Source of the DNA: Candidatus Aeolococcus gillhamiae | GTDB taxonomy: Bacteria; Chloroflexota; Dormibacteria; Aeolococcales; Aeolococcaceae | Direction of reading: 5' to 3' | Assembly: GCA_003244045.1 (NCBI GenBank) | Contig: QHBU01000130.1 | Coordinates: 796 to 64,795, forward strand | DNA length: 64,000 nt | Part shown: piece after piece, positions 47,772-55,805 of the stretch | Layout of the letters: every line of letters begins with the position of its first letter | How positions within the stretch are numbered: the stretch's first letter is position 1 | The notes under the pieces: model-generated | What the model was told of the DNA's origin: nothing | Databases searched by the model: none | Seen by the model: only the letters and a program-made list of their open reading frames with translations | Position numbers and translations under genes: made by a program

Positions 47772-49289
47772 GTGAGCAACGCGAACGCGGCTCTCGCACG
47801 TTCAGCATCGTCGCGACCGCGCCTCACCCTCACCGTCGGCGGGCTCGTCGTGCTCGCGGTGATGATCGCCATGCTGCCGCTCATCATCCGCCGGGTTGGC
47901 GACGCCGACTACTGGTGGCACATCACCACCGCGCGGTGGATCCTCGATCACCACGCGCTGCCAACCCATGACCTCTTCACGTACACGGTGCCCAGCCACG
48001 TCTGGACCGACCACGAATACCTGACCGAGCTGGCCATGTCCGGCCTCGGCCGCCTCGGCGGCCAGCTGGCCATCAGCATCGGGCTCGGGTTGGTCACCTG
48101 GGCCGGTTTCTGGTTCATCCTCAAGCGGATCGCCGCCCAGCCGACGCACTTCGTGGCCACCGCGGGTGCTCTGGGGTTGGCCGCTCTGGCCGGCGTCGCA
48201 GTGTGGGGGCCGCGGCCGCAGGTGGTCACCTTCGCGCTGGTCTGCGTCGAGCTGTACCTCATCGAGCGGTTCCTGCGCACCGGGTATCGCGGCCTCTACG
48301 CGATGCCGCTGATCATGGTGGCGTGGGCGAACCTGCACGGCGGCTTCGTGATCGCCTTCCTCTTCCTCGGTATCGCGGTGGTGGTGGAGCTCATCAAATG
48401 GCTAGTCGACCGCGGCAACCTGGAGGCGCGGTGGAAGGCGGGGCGAATCGCGCTCGTGACTGTGGCCTCGGCGGTCGCTGGACTGCTCAACCCGCACTTC
48501 TTCTCGCTGTACGTGTACTCGTGGCGCACCCAGACCAGCACCGTGCAGCAGTCGTTCATTGAGGAGTGGCAGTCGCCGGACTTCCACAGCTGGTCGATGC
48601 GCGGCTTCGAGGCGATGATCGTGCTGCTGCTCATCGGCCTGGCCGTTCGGCGCGCCCGGCCCACCTGCTTCAGCGTGGCCATAACGGTGGTGACGCTGCT
48701 GTTCGCCCTGCAGTCGTGGCGCCACATCATCCTGTTCACTGCTGCCGCGACGCCTCTGCTGGCCTGGTCGTGGGCACCCGCCATGGAGGAGCTGGGGCGG
48801 CGCTGGTCCGGGTTGGGCAGGCGGTTGCGGCTGAGCGCACAGCAACTGGTGCGTGGGGCCGCCCTGGTCACCGCGGTCGTCGCCCTGGCAGTGCTGGTGG
48901 TTTTGCGCTCTTTGCTGGCGCACCAGGCGGCGAGCACGCTCGATAACTACCCGGCGGGCGCCGCTGACTACCTCGACGCCCATGCCAACGTCGGCACGCA
49001 CATGTTCAGCGACTATGCGTGGGGCGGTTACTTCATCTACCGCTTCTATCCGGAGCCGTCGCGACGCGTGTTCATCTTCGGTGAGGCAGACCTGATGGGT
49101 GACACCATCATGAACCAGTACGTCGAGGTGGTCGGCCAACACAGCGACTGGATGGATGTGCTCAACAGCCACAACGTGGACTACGTGGTGTTCGCGCCCA
49201 ACCGGCCGCTGACCTCGGCGCTGGCGGCCTCCCCGAACTGGCACCTCGTGTACTCCGACAAACTTTCGGTGATCTACGTCCGCGGCTGA
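47772..49289 (+). CDS. integral membrane protein, possible GT-C-like glycosyltransferase
   Basis: GTG start; the protein is 505 aa with ~11 TM segments. An N-terminal loop YWWHITTARWILDHHALPTHDLFTYT..WTDHEYL is present, and the C-terminal soluble domain is ~130 aa. The family is not recognised with certainty. Confidence 0.6.
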   Translation: MSNANAALARSASSRPRLTLTVGGLVVLAVMIAMLPLIIRRVGDADYWWHITTARWILDHHALPTHDLFTYTVPSHVWTDHEYLTELAMSGLGRLGGQLAISIGLGLVTWAGFWFILKRIAAQPTHFVATAGALGLAALAGVAVWGPRPQVVTFALVCVELYLIERFLRTGYRGLYAMPLIMVAWANLHGGFVIAFLFLGIAVVVELIKWLVDRGNLEARWKAGRIALVTVASAVAGLLNPHFFSLYVYSWRTQTSTVQQSFIEEWQSPDFHSWSMRGFEAMIVLLLIGLAVRRARPTCFSVAITVVTLLFALQSWRHIILFTAAATPLLAWSWAPAMEELGRRWSGLGRRLRLSAQQLVRGAALVTAVVALAVLVVLRSLLAHQAASTLDNYPAGAADYLDAHANVGTHMFSDYAWGGYFIYRFYPEPSRRVFIFGEADLMGDTIMNQYVEVVGQHSDWMDVLNSHNVDYVVFAPNRPLTSALAASPNWHLVYSDKLSVIYVRG

Positions 49290-49344
49290 CCACGCCGCGC
49301 CCCAGGAAGCGACGGCGAGCGCCGAGGATCGCGCGCTGGGCACG

Positions 49345-50241
49345 GTGGTGCGCGTGGTGGTGACACGTCCGCAGCGACTCGCCGCCGCCAAGGAGGCGGT
49401 GGATCACGTCCTGAGCGACATCGACCAGGCGTGCAGCCGCTTTCGCGAGGACAGCGAGCTGAGCCGGCTGAACGCCGGGGCCGGGCGGGAGCAGTCGGTG
49501 AGTCCGCTGCTCGCGCTGGCGATCGGCCACGGGCTGCGCGCTGCTCAGCTGACCGGCGGCGACGTCGACCCCACCGTCGGCACGGCGATGCGACTGATCG
49601 GCTACGACGTCGACTACGCGTCGGTGGCCGCAACCGGCGAACCGCTGGTGCTGACCGTGCAGCCAATCCCGGGCTGGCGCAGCGTCCGCTTCAGCGAGCT
49701 GACCCGTAGTGTGTTCATCCCGGATGCCGTCGAGCTCGACCTCGGGGCCACCGCCAAGGCTCTGGCCGCAGACCTCGCTGCGGCGGCAGCGCTGGCAGCG
49801 CTGGCGGGAGGGGGCGCTCTGGTCAGCCTCGGTGGCGACATCGCCCTGGCCGGCACTCCTCCGACGGGAGGATGGACCGTCCAGGTGTCCGACAACAGCA
49901 CCGATCCCCTCGACAGCGCGGCGGAGCGCATCAACCTGGCGGTGGGCGCGATGGCGACGTCGAGCACCCGCACCCGCAGCTGGCGGCGCGGCGGCGTCGT
50001 GCTCCATCACATCATCGACCCGCGCACTGGGGGCCCTGTCGAGAGCCCGTGGCGGCTCGCCACGGTGGTCGCGGCGACGTGCGTCGACGCCAACACCGGG
50101 TCGACGGCCGCCATCGTGCGTGGCGCGGCGGCGGTGCCGTGGCTAGAGGAGCAGAAGCTGCCCTCGCGCCTAGTGGGCAACGACGACGCGGTGGTGCGCA
50201 TCGCCGGCTGGCCCGCGCCCGCCGCGCGCGCTGGGGACTGA
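49345..50241 (+). CDS. apbE: FAD:protein FMN transferase (ApbE family); start codon unresolved
   Basis: The sequence has SRFREDSELSRLN, DPTVG, DLGATAKALAAD, SLGGDI, ATSST and HHIIDPRTG. The conserved N-terminal (A/M)-x-G-T strand (RALGTVVRVVV) begins upstream of the first canonical start (GTG 49345). Confidence 0.75.
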   Translation: MVRVVVTRPQRLAAAKEAVDHVLSDIDQACSRFREDSELSRLNAGAGREQSVSPLLALAIGHGLRAAQLTGGDVDPTVGTAMRLIGYDVDYASVAATGEPLVLTVQPIPGWRSVRFSELTRSVFIPDAVELDLGATAKALAADLAAAAALAALAGGGALVSLGGDIALAGTPPTGGWTVQVSDNSTDPLDSAAERINLAVGAMATSSTRTRSWRRGGVVLHHIIDPRTGGPVESPWRLATVVAATCVDANTGSTAAIVRGAAAVPWLEEQKLPSRLVGNDDAVVRIAGWPAPAARAGD

Positions 50242-50496
50242 CTCACAGCCAGCCCTCAGGGTCTCCTCATCCCGCTCCGATGCGGCGTGACCAGCATGAG
50301 GTCATGACCCGCAGAGAGAACGGACCGGCCGGGCCACGGGCAGCGATGCAGCGCCGCGACCGCGCGATCCGGCTCCGCCGCCGCCTCACCGCCACCGCCG
50401 CCGCGGCGGGCGTGGGAGCTGTCGGCGCATTCGGCTTCCTGGCTGCCGCCCACAACTCCGGCAGCGTTGCCGTGGCGAGCACCACCGCCACGTCGG

Positions 50497-50739
50497 ATGC
50501 GCCGGCGCACGGCCTTGGCGGTCACAACGGCCGGGCTTCTTGGCGGTGCATTCGCGGGCGGGTTCATCGTGACCCAGGCGGCCACCGCCACGCCGAGCGC
50601 CACCACAAGCCCGAGCACTGGCACGACAACGCCGACCGCGGGCAGCTTCCACTCCAACGAGAACGCCACCCACGAGGCGGGCGAGAGCGCTGCGCGCGAG
50701 GCCCAAGAGAACGCGGGACAGGTCCCCACCGTCCCGTAA
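50497..50739 (+). CDS. small secreted protein (80 aa), hypothetical
   Basis: ATG 50497 lies within ORF 50467..50739. The sequence has MRRRTALAVTTAGLLGGAFAGGFIVTQAATA (an RRR twin-arginine-like signal), a Thr/Pro linker and an acidic tail HSNENATHEAGESAAREAQENAG. GC3 is high. Confidence 0.5.
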   Translation: MRRRTALAVTTAGLLGGAFAGGFIVTQAATATPSATTSPSTGTTTPTAGSFHSNENATHEAGESAAREAQENAGQVPTVP

Positions 50740-50820
50740 CCCAGCCTCCAGACAGACGGCAACATCAGGGCCGGCAATGCGCCGGCCCTTTCGCGTGTGT
50801 GGGCGTGCGTATGCTGATCC

Positions 50821-51882
50821 GTGATGACACCGCGCACCGCCAGGCTCTGCGCAGGCGTGCTGCTGGTGGCGGCCGCCGTCTTCGGTGTCGTCCGCCTCAC
50901 CGCAGCCCCCACCGCACCCGCTGCCTCGGCACGCGCTACCCCCACGGCCCACGCCACCGCGACCGCGAGCATCAACGCCGCGCCGCTGGATCCCCTGACT
51001 ATCGCGGCGATGCGTGCGCGAGCCTACGCGGCGAGCACGCTGACGACGGTGCGGTCCGATGGTGACCAGGGTGGCTACGTCAACAGCGTGGTCTCGTTCG
51101 TATCCGACGGGCTCATCGAGTACGCGCTGCAGAGCGTCCCCGACGGCAGTCGGCCGGCGGCCGGCTGGCCGGTGGTGATCCTCAGCCACGGCTACATCGA
51201 TCCCAGGACGTACCGCACCGACGACAGCTCCTACGCGCAGTTCATCGCCACGCTGGCGCGAGCGGGGTACCTGGTTCTGAAGCCGGATTTCCGCGGCCAC
51301 GGCCGGAGCCAAGGGGTGCCCGAGGGCGGATACCTCTCGCCGGTGTACACCTACGACCTGCTCAACCTGATCAGCACGGTCAAGGTCGACCCTCGAGTCG
51401 ACGCGTCGCGCATCGGCCTGTTCGGTCACAGCCTGGGTGGCTACCAGGCCCTGCGCGCGATGGTGATCTCGACCAGCGTGAAAGCGGCCGTCTTCATGTC
51501 CGCTGTCGTCGGCTCGCTGGACGACATCTTCTTCCACTGGTCGACGGTCACGGCCACACCGACCGCGGCACCGCCGCCCGTGCAGCAGCAGGTCGCCCAG
51601 TCGCTGATCGCCAACAGGGGGACGCCGAAGACGGACCCCAACTTCTACAACGAGGCCTCGGCGATCAACTACGTGAGCGCGTCCACAGCCGCGGTGCAGA
51701 TCGACGAGGACGTCAGCGACAGCCAGGTGCCGAAGCTGTTCTCAGACCACCTGTACGCCGCTCTGCAGGCCGCGGGCAAGACCGTCGAGTACGTGCCGTA
51801 CCTCGGCGACGACCATCAGTTCACCAGAAACCGCGCCGCCGTCCTGGGCAACGTGCTGGCCTTCTACCGCACCCATCTCTGA
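50821..51882 (+). CDS. secreted alpha/beta hydrolase (S9/dienelactone-hydrolase-like)
   Basis: GTG start with a signal/TM segment. The sequence has the nucleophile elbow GLFGHSLGG, D..V and DDHQF (an Asp/His pair). Confidence 0.75.
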   Translation: MMTPRTARLCAGVLLVAAAVFGVVRLTAAPTAPAASARATPTAHATATASINAAPLDPLTIAAMRARAYAASTLTTVRSDGDQGGYVNSVVSFVSDGLIEYALQSVPDGSRPAAGWPVVILSHGYIDPRTYRTDDSSYAQFIATLARAGYLVLKPDFRGHGRSQGVPEGGYLSPVYTYDLLNLISTVKVDPRVDASRIGLFGHSLGGYQALRAMVISTSVKAAVFMSAVVGSLDDIFFHWSTVTATPTAAPPPVQQQVAQSLIANRGTPKTDPNFYNEASAINYVSASTAAVQIDEDVSDSQVPKLFSDHLYAALQAAGKTVEYVPYLGDDHQFTRNRAAVLGNVLAFYRTHL

Positions 51883-52596
51883 AACAGACGAGAAGACGCG
51901 GACTGATTCAGCTGGTCGGCGGCGTTCCCGGCGCACCACCGGGCGCACCACCGGGGGGCCCCAGCCACCGCGGGGCGGCCCGCTAGTTGGGTGGGTGCCG
52001 TCGACCATGTCGGTGACCCGCTGCTGGGTCAGCGTCTTGTCCTGTGCGGCCTGCGCCGGGGTGATCTGTCCACTGGCAGCGCGCTGGTCGATCTCGGCAT
52101 TCTCGGACGCGACCAGTGCGCTGATGACGTCGGCCGCGGTCTTGCTGTGCGCGGTGGCGATTGCCGCTATCGTCTTGCCTGCGGTGAGCTCGGTCTGCAG
52201 CTGGTTGGTGCTGATGCCGATGGCTGTGGCGATCACCTGCTGGTCCTCAGCCTGCGCACCCGGTCCGCCGTGACCTCCCGAGCCGTGCTCCGGCTCGGTG
52301 CCGTTGACCATGTCGGTGACGCGGCGGGTCGTCTGTGCCTTCATCTGCGTGGCCTGGGCGCTGGTGATCGTGCCGGCCTTGGCCGCCGCGTCGATCTCGG
52401 CGTTCTCGTCGCCGACAAGCGTTGCGATGACCGTTGTCAGGTCGACGCTGCGCTCCTTGGCGATGGCCGCGATCGTCTTGCCGGCCGCCATGTCCGTCTG
52501 CAGCTGCGTGGCGTGGGCAGGCGGTGGTGGGGGCGGCGGTGGTGGAGGGGTCAGGTCCGCGGTGCCCGGGCCGCTGCTGGTGAGGTCGTCCGACAT
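51742..52596 (-). CDS. tandem-repeat helical protein with poly-proline tract; 3' end probably mis-framed
   Basis: ATG 52596 is preceded by GGAGG 6 nt upstream. The sequence MSDDLTSSGPGTADLTPPPPPPPPPP is followed by two ~75-aa repeats (LQT[DE]..AGKTIAAIA...ENAEID..A..G.IT.AQA.Q.K..T..RVTDMV.GT). After the G6/C4 run at 51953-51962 the literal frame loses GC3 bias and runs 140 nt into the convergent hydrolase gene. See findings. Confidence 0.6.
   Translation of the reverse strand: MSDDLTSSGPGTADLTPPPPPPPPPPAHATQLQTDMAAGKTIAAIAKERSVDLTTVIATLVGDENAEIDAAAKAGTITSAQATQMKAQTTRRVTDMVNGTEPEHGSGGHGGPGAQAEDQQVIATAIGISTNQLQTELTAGKTIAAIATAHSKTAADVISALVASENAEIDQRAASGQITPAQAAQDKTLTQQRVTDMVDGTHPTSGPPRGGWGPPVVRPVVRRERRRPAESVRVFSSVSEMGAVEGQHVAQDGGAVSGELMVVAEVRHVLDGLARGLQSGVQVV
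51931..51954. repeat. perfect tandem 12-mer (GCGCACCACCGG x2) abutting a G6C4 homopolymer run
   Basis: Read directly from the sequence: gcgcaccaccgg gcgcaccaccgg gggg cccc. Confidence 0.9.
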
Positions 52597-52657
52597 GCTC
52601 GGCCTCCGGGTCGTTGTATGGCTTGTTGCTGCCGTCGAACACTGTGATCGCGCAGCC

Positions 52658-53156
52658 TTACAACTCCGTGACCCGGGGCTGTGATTTCGCTGTGAGTGTC
52701 GCTGTTTCGCGGCGATCGGAGATGAGTCGCAATGCCAGCATCGGGCAGCTCGAGACCGCCCGGCGAGCCTGCGCGAGCAGGGGAAGCGGAACGATCCGGT
52801 CGGCCACGACGGGTATCCCCAGTCGTCGAGCGTGATGACCTCAGGAAAGAGTTCTGCGCACACCCCACGCCCGTCGCAGCGCGTGCGGTCGACGGCGAAG
52901 CGCGAGCTCCTGCGGCCACCGCTCGGCAGCGCGTCATCGTGCAGCCGCGTCGCTGTGCATGGGCTTCGAACTCATCGGCAAAGACGCGCAGCGCACTGAG
53001 CAGCATGGCCGCGGCGCCGTCGGGTGATGGCATGCCCCGCGACCACTGAGCTGGGTTGCCCAGCGCTGCGCGCGCGCCAGCTCATCCGACGCGGCCGTGC
53101 CAGCGGCGATCCGTTGCACCCCCTCGGCGACGGCGCGCAGACGCTGAGAGCTGCGG
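52658..53156 (-). pseudogene. decayed remnants: C-terminal fragment of a NuoF-like 4Fe-4S-binding-domain protein followed by a small ferredoxin, disrupted by multiple frameshifts
   Basis: Pieces on the minus strand lie in three frames. The pieces are ..RLRAVAEGVQRIAAGTAASDELARAQRWATQLSGRGACHHP / DGAAAMLLSALRVFADEFEAHAQRRGC / RFAVDRTRCDGRGVCAELFPEVITLDDWGYP / VVADRIVPLPLLAQARRAVSSCPMLALRL..* (TAA 52658-52660). The fragment begins directly at the stop of the upstream Ldt gene, so the N-terminal bulk of the NuoF-like gene is missing. Confidence 0.6.
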
Positions 53157-54545
53157 CTAAGCGCTGATCACCACCGGCGTGCCGATCGGCGTCCAGTCAT
53201 ACGCCCACGCCATCACCGGGGTGGGGGTGTGCACGCAGCCGTGGCTGGCGGCCTGCTGGTTGTATTCGCCGCCCGGGCCGTACGAGCTGGTCGATTCCCA
53301 CCAGGCGTCGTGAATGTAGTAGCCGCCGCTCGCGAACCCGAGGCCCCACTTGCACGGGGTGGGGTTGTAGTAGAAGGGCGAGCCCTTCGGCCACGGCGAG
53401 ACGAATGTGTAGTTGGTGGGCTTGCTCATCACCGAGAAATGGCCCGTCGGGGTGGGCAGCAAGGGCCGGCCGGTGGTCACCGGGGTGGCCTTGACAACGC
53501 AGCCGTCCTGGTAGAAGAGCATCTCCTGCAGCGAGAGCGAGATGGTGATCACCTTGCCGGCGCCGACGGAGTACCCGCATTGGTGGGCCGCGAGCTCGGT
53601 GGCGATCTGGTTCTGGAGCGAGCTCACCGACGCGGCGGCCGCGTTGAGCTGGTCGGCGGTGCGCGCCGCGCGGAATTGGACGCCGATCCCCGCTTGCTGT
53701 GCGCTGAGGGCTGCGGCGTTGGGCGTGTGCTCGGCAACCGCCTGGTCGGCGCTCCACAGCAGCGGCTGGATCTGGCCACCCACCTGGTTGTTGAGGTTGA
53801 CCAGCGACTGCAACGTGCTGAGAGCGGGGAGGAGCTGCTCACCGGTGTTGATGGCGGCGAGGTTGTCATTGGCGGCGATCTGGTTGCTCAGCTGGTCGGC
53901 GAGCGCGCCCACGTTGCCGGCGTCGAGGTTGGCGCCGGCCGCCACGGCGACCAGGTGCCGAGCGGTGGAGAGGACCTGCTGCGGCCCTCCCGCAGACTGC
54001 AGCGCCGCCGCCAGCTTGACGCGCTGGGCGGCGACGACGGCCGTCCGCTGCTGCGCGATGAAGCTCTGCCACGAACTCGCCAGGGCACTGATCGCGGCGG
54101 GACTCCTGGCTGCGCTGAGCTGCCTCGGCCACTGTCCCGCAGCCGCAGTGGCGTCGCCGGTCAGCCAGGAGGACTGCTGCGCGGCCAAGTCGTTCCACTG
54201 GGCGATCACCGCCTGGGCCCGGCTGCGCTGCGCGTCGAGCGCCGCGCTCCAGGCCGACTGGGTCTTGGTACGGAGCCGGTCGAGCAGGGCCGGGCCCTCG
54301 TTGCCGAACCACCCCGGCGACCACCACGCTGCGGTTGGCGCCTGGCTGCCCAGCTCGGCGCGGAGCGGCGCCAGGCTGGCGGCGGGCACGCCCGCGGCCT
54401 GGTCGCGGTCCCACTGGGCGCTGAGCTGGGCGGCGGCGTCAGTGAAACTCTTCTGGCGGTCGCCGGCGGCGTGCGCTGTGACTGCGCCGGCAGCGACGCC
54501 GCAGACGAGCAGCAGAAGAGGGGGGATCAGGTAGCGAGGGCGCAT
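53157..54545 (-). CDS. L,D-transpeptidase (YkuD) with long Ala/Gln-rich helical N-terminal domain
   Basis: ATG 54545 gives MRPRYLIPPLLLLVCGVAAGAVTAHA (signal). A ~330-aa A/Q/L-rich region follows, then a C-terminal YkuD domain with YYIHDAWW....SHGCVHTP. Confidence 0.8.
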   Translation of the reverse strand: MRPRYLIPPLLLLVCGVAAGAVTAHAAGDRQKSFTDAAAQLSAQWDRDQAAGVPAASLAPLRAELGSQAPTAAWWSPGWFGNEGPALLDRLRTKTQSAWSAALDAQRSRAQAVIAQWNDLAAQQSSWLTGDATAAAGQWPRQLSAARSPAAISALASSWQSFIAQQRTAVVAAQRVKLAAALQSAGGPQQVLSTARHLVAVAAGANLDAGNVGALADQLSNQIAANDNLAAINTGEQLLPALSTLQSLVNLNNQVGGQIQPLLWSADQAVAEHTPNAAALSAQQAGIGVQFRAARTADQLNAAAASVSSLQNQIATELAAHQCGYSVGAGKVITISLSLQEMLFYQDGCVVKATPVTTGRPLLPTPTGHFSVMSKPTNYTFVSPWPKGSPFYYNPTPCKWGLGFASGGYYIHDAWWESTSSYGPGGEYNQQAASHGCVHTPTPVMAWAYDWTPIGTPVVISA

Positions 54546-54660
54546 GGTGATGAGGATCGTGGGGCTGGGATGAGCCAACTGTAGCCGGTGAGCCCGGAAT
54601 CGAACTCGGCAATCGGGGAACCCGGGGTGGCCGGCGATGGTTACGGACCGCCTGGCGGGC

Positions 54661-55659
54661 TCAGCCCGGGGACTCCTCCCGGCGGTGCGTCGCGGCCAGC
54701 TCGGTGAGCATCCGCGGGTCGAGGTCGGCCCCGCTGATGGTGGCCACCTTGCAGGCGGTCACCGCGCGCACGGTGGCGGTGCGGCGGCCGCCTTCGATGA
54801 GCGCCCGCTCGCCGAGCACCGCTCCGGGTCCCAGCTGGCCGAGCGGCTTGCCACCGACCTCCACCGCCACCACTCCGTCGAGCACCAGGAAGACGTCGCT
54901 GCCCTCATCGCCCTGCTCGAGCAGCGTCCCGCCCTGGGCCACCTTGCTGATCCGCGGCTTGGTGCCGCCGCGCATGATGTGGCCAGATAGCTCACGCTCC
55001 AACGCCGTCTCGACCTCGCTCACCAGCGCCGGCGAGTCCTCGTCGCCCCACGGGGTGTGCGAACCGAAAGCGCGTTGGTACCAGTCCTTGAAGTCCACCA
55101 GGCCCGATTTCAGGACCAGCTTCCCGTCCCTGTCGTAGATCCAGTGGCGAGGGAACGGGCTGGCGCCGGTCACCTCGTGGACGGAGCTGCCGTCGGCGTA
55201 CAGGGTCAGCGACAGCGTGGTCCACACCAGCGGCGCCGATATCTGCACGAACGGTGGGTACTTGACGCGGCGCGGCGCGGGCACGCCGGTGCGACCACCG
55301 TAGGTCTGCACGAACTTCACCCAGCCCTCGGAGACGACCGGGGCGTGCTGCCGGTCGGGGAAGGCGACGGCAGCGAAGGTGGCGACCCGGCCGGCCAGAC
55401 GCATGGTGGTGGACCCGATGTGGCCGCCGCCGCTGTAGCCGTGCCCGGTGATCCGGCCGTCGTCGACCTCGATCCACGCGCTGAGGCGATTGGCGAAGCG
55501 GAACCGGTCGGCCTCGCGGAGTGCCTCGAGGTCGTCGACCTGGTCGGGCGGGGGCTCGTCGTAGTGGGCGACGCCCATGTCGAACGGCATCCGGGTCATG
55601 CCTCGAACGGCTTCCGAGGGGATCCACGAGATCGACGTGACGGACGACTCGATTTTCAT
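54661..55659 (-). CDS. cyclic-nucleotide-binding (CAP_ED) protein with uncharacterised ~220-aa N-terminal domain
   Basis: ATG 55659 is preceded by GGGAGG upstream. The C-terminus GGTLLEQGDEGSDVFLVLDGVVAVEV..LGPGAVLGERALIEGGRRTATVRA is a canonical cNMP-binding fold with the phosphate-binding cassette. The N-terminal domain (MKIESSVTSISWIPSEAV...) is not recognised. Confidence 0.8.
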   Translation of the reverse strand: MKIESSVTSISWIPSEAVRGMTRMPFDMGVAHYDEPPPDQVDDLEALREADRFRFANRLSAWIEVDDGRITGHGYSGGGHIGSTTMRLAGRVATFAAVAFPDRQHAPVVSEGWVKFVQTYGGRTGVPAPRRVKYPPFVQISAPLVWTTLSLTLYADGSSVHEVTGASPFPRHWIYDRDGKLVLKSGLVDFKDWYQRAFGSHTPWGDEDSPALVSEVETALERELSGHIMRGGTKPRISKVAQGGTLLEQGDEGSDVFLVLDGVVAVEVGGKPLGQLGPGAVLGERALIEGGRRTATVRAVTACKVATISGADLDPRMLTELAATHRREESPG

Positions 55660-55735
55660 TGTCAGGTACCTCCCGGCGGCCATGATCGTCCACGGGCAGC
55701 GACGGCGTCGAGGGTGCCGGCGCGACTGTTGGAGG

Positions 55736-55771
55736 GGTGCTCCCCACCGGCCAACCGTGGTGCTCACCCCA
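55736..55771. promoter_or_regulatory. direct repeat GGTGCTC(A)CCCCA x2 (23-nt register) in the divergent promoter between the cNMP-binding gene and the REC-HTH-cyclase gene
   Basis: ggtgctcccca lies at 55736-55746 and ggtgctcacccca at 55759-55771, 35 nt upstream of ATG 55806. They may be a binding site, but this is untested. Confidence 0.3.
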
Positions 55772-55805
55772 TTGCCGATTTTCCGGCCCCCCCTACAGTC
55801 GCCCC

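Noticed and set aside
50256-50975. 239-aa minus ORF and 397-aa + ORF 49872..51065
   Set aside because: They overlap ApbE, the small secreted protein and the hydrolase gene. Their composition looks non-coding apart from the short signal-like segment discussed in findings.
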